Shown piece after piece: positions 63,746-64,000 of a DNA stretch of 64,000 nt. Below the pieces are notes generated by a model. That model was given only the letters and a program-made list of their open reading frames with translations, ran no database searches and was not told where the DNA came from. The stretch is from positions 5,908,985-5,972,984 of the forward strand of contig JAUZTB010000062.1 in the NCBI GenBank assembly GCA_034780895.1. Direction: 5' to 3'. This stretch comes from Rhynchobatus australiae. Lineage: Eukaryota. Each line of letters begins with the position of its first letter. Positions within the stretch are counted from its first letter, which is position 1. The translations under genes and the position numbers were made by a program.

Positions 63746-64000
63746 TTACCCACTGAACTTTGTTCATTGGGTCAGAATCAAATATAAACAAAATGATAAG
63801 CAGGAAATTAAGATTCAGTTTTCTAGCTCCCACTGGGGAAACATCTACCAATGAAGGAAAGGAGAAAGCGAGCCAATCAAAGCAGTGATTGGAGAGCACG
63901 TGAGTGATAGAAGCATTTGCTCCTTCCTCTGACAACTGCACTGAAATAGACTCAAGAAATCTATTTCTTTCTGAAAGTTTTATTTTTAAACTGTTGCTTT

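Noticed and set aside
1-64000. CRISPR arrays, operons, rRNA or true tRNA genes
   Set aside because: This is vertebrate intron-rich DNA with no repeat-spacer arrays; tRNA-like boxes occur only as SINE heads.

Overview
Eukaryotic, vertebrate genomic DNA from a gappy draft assembly. The repeat content (HE1-type V-SINEs, Deu-domain SINEs, CR1/HER1, Rex1, L1 and Penelope elements) points to a cartilaginous fish (shark or ray). The main gene is a + strand Rho GDP-dissociation inhibitor (ARHGDIA-like) spanning about 13.3-61.6 kb. It has a CpG-island promoter with a probable non-coding exon 1, and coding exons at 40941-41130, 53828-53911, 57335-57398 and 60181-60380. One internal exon (about 77 nt), needed to keep the frame, could not be found in gap-free sequence. 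About 0.9 kb upstream of the promoter, on the - strand, is a lone, intact 85-nt exon almost identical to part of the FRMD4A FERM domain. Intron 2 holds a decayed IR/DR Tc1 transposon next to a 5'-truncated class I endogenous retrovirus (integrase, gamma-type env, polypurine tract and a ~600-bp 3' LTR). Several Penelope-like element ends carry recognisable, mostly mutated, minimal hammerhead-ribozyme motifs, often as inverted pairs. Most ORFs in the supplied track are spurious or repeat-derived. All calls were made by eye, and repeat boundaries are approximate.
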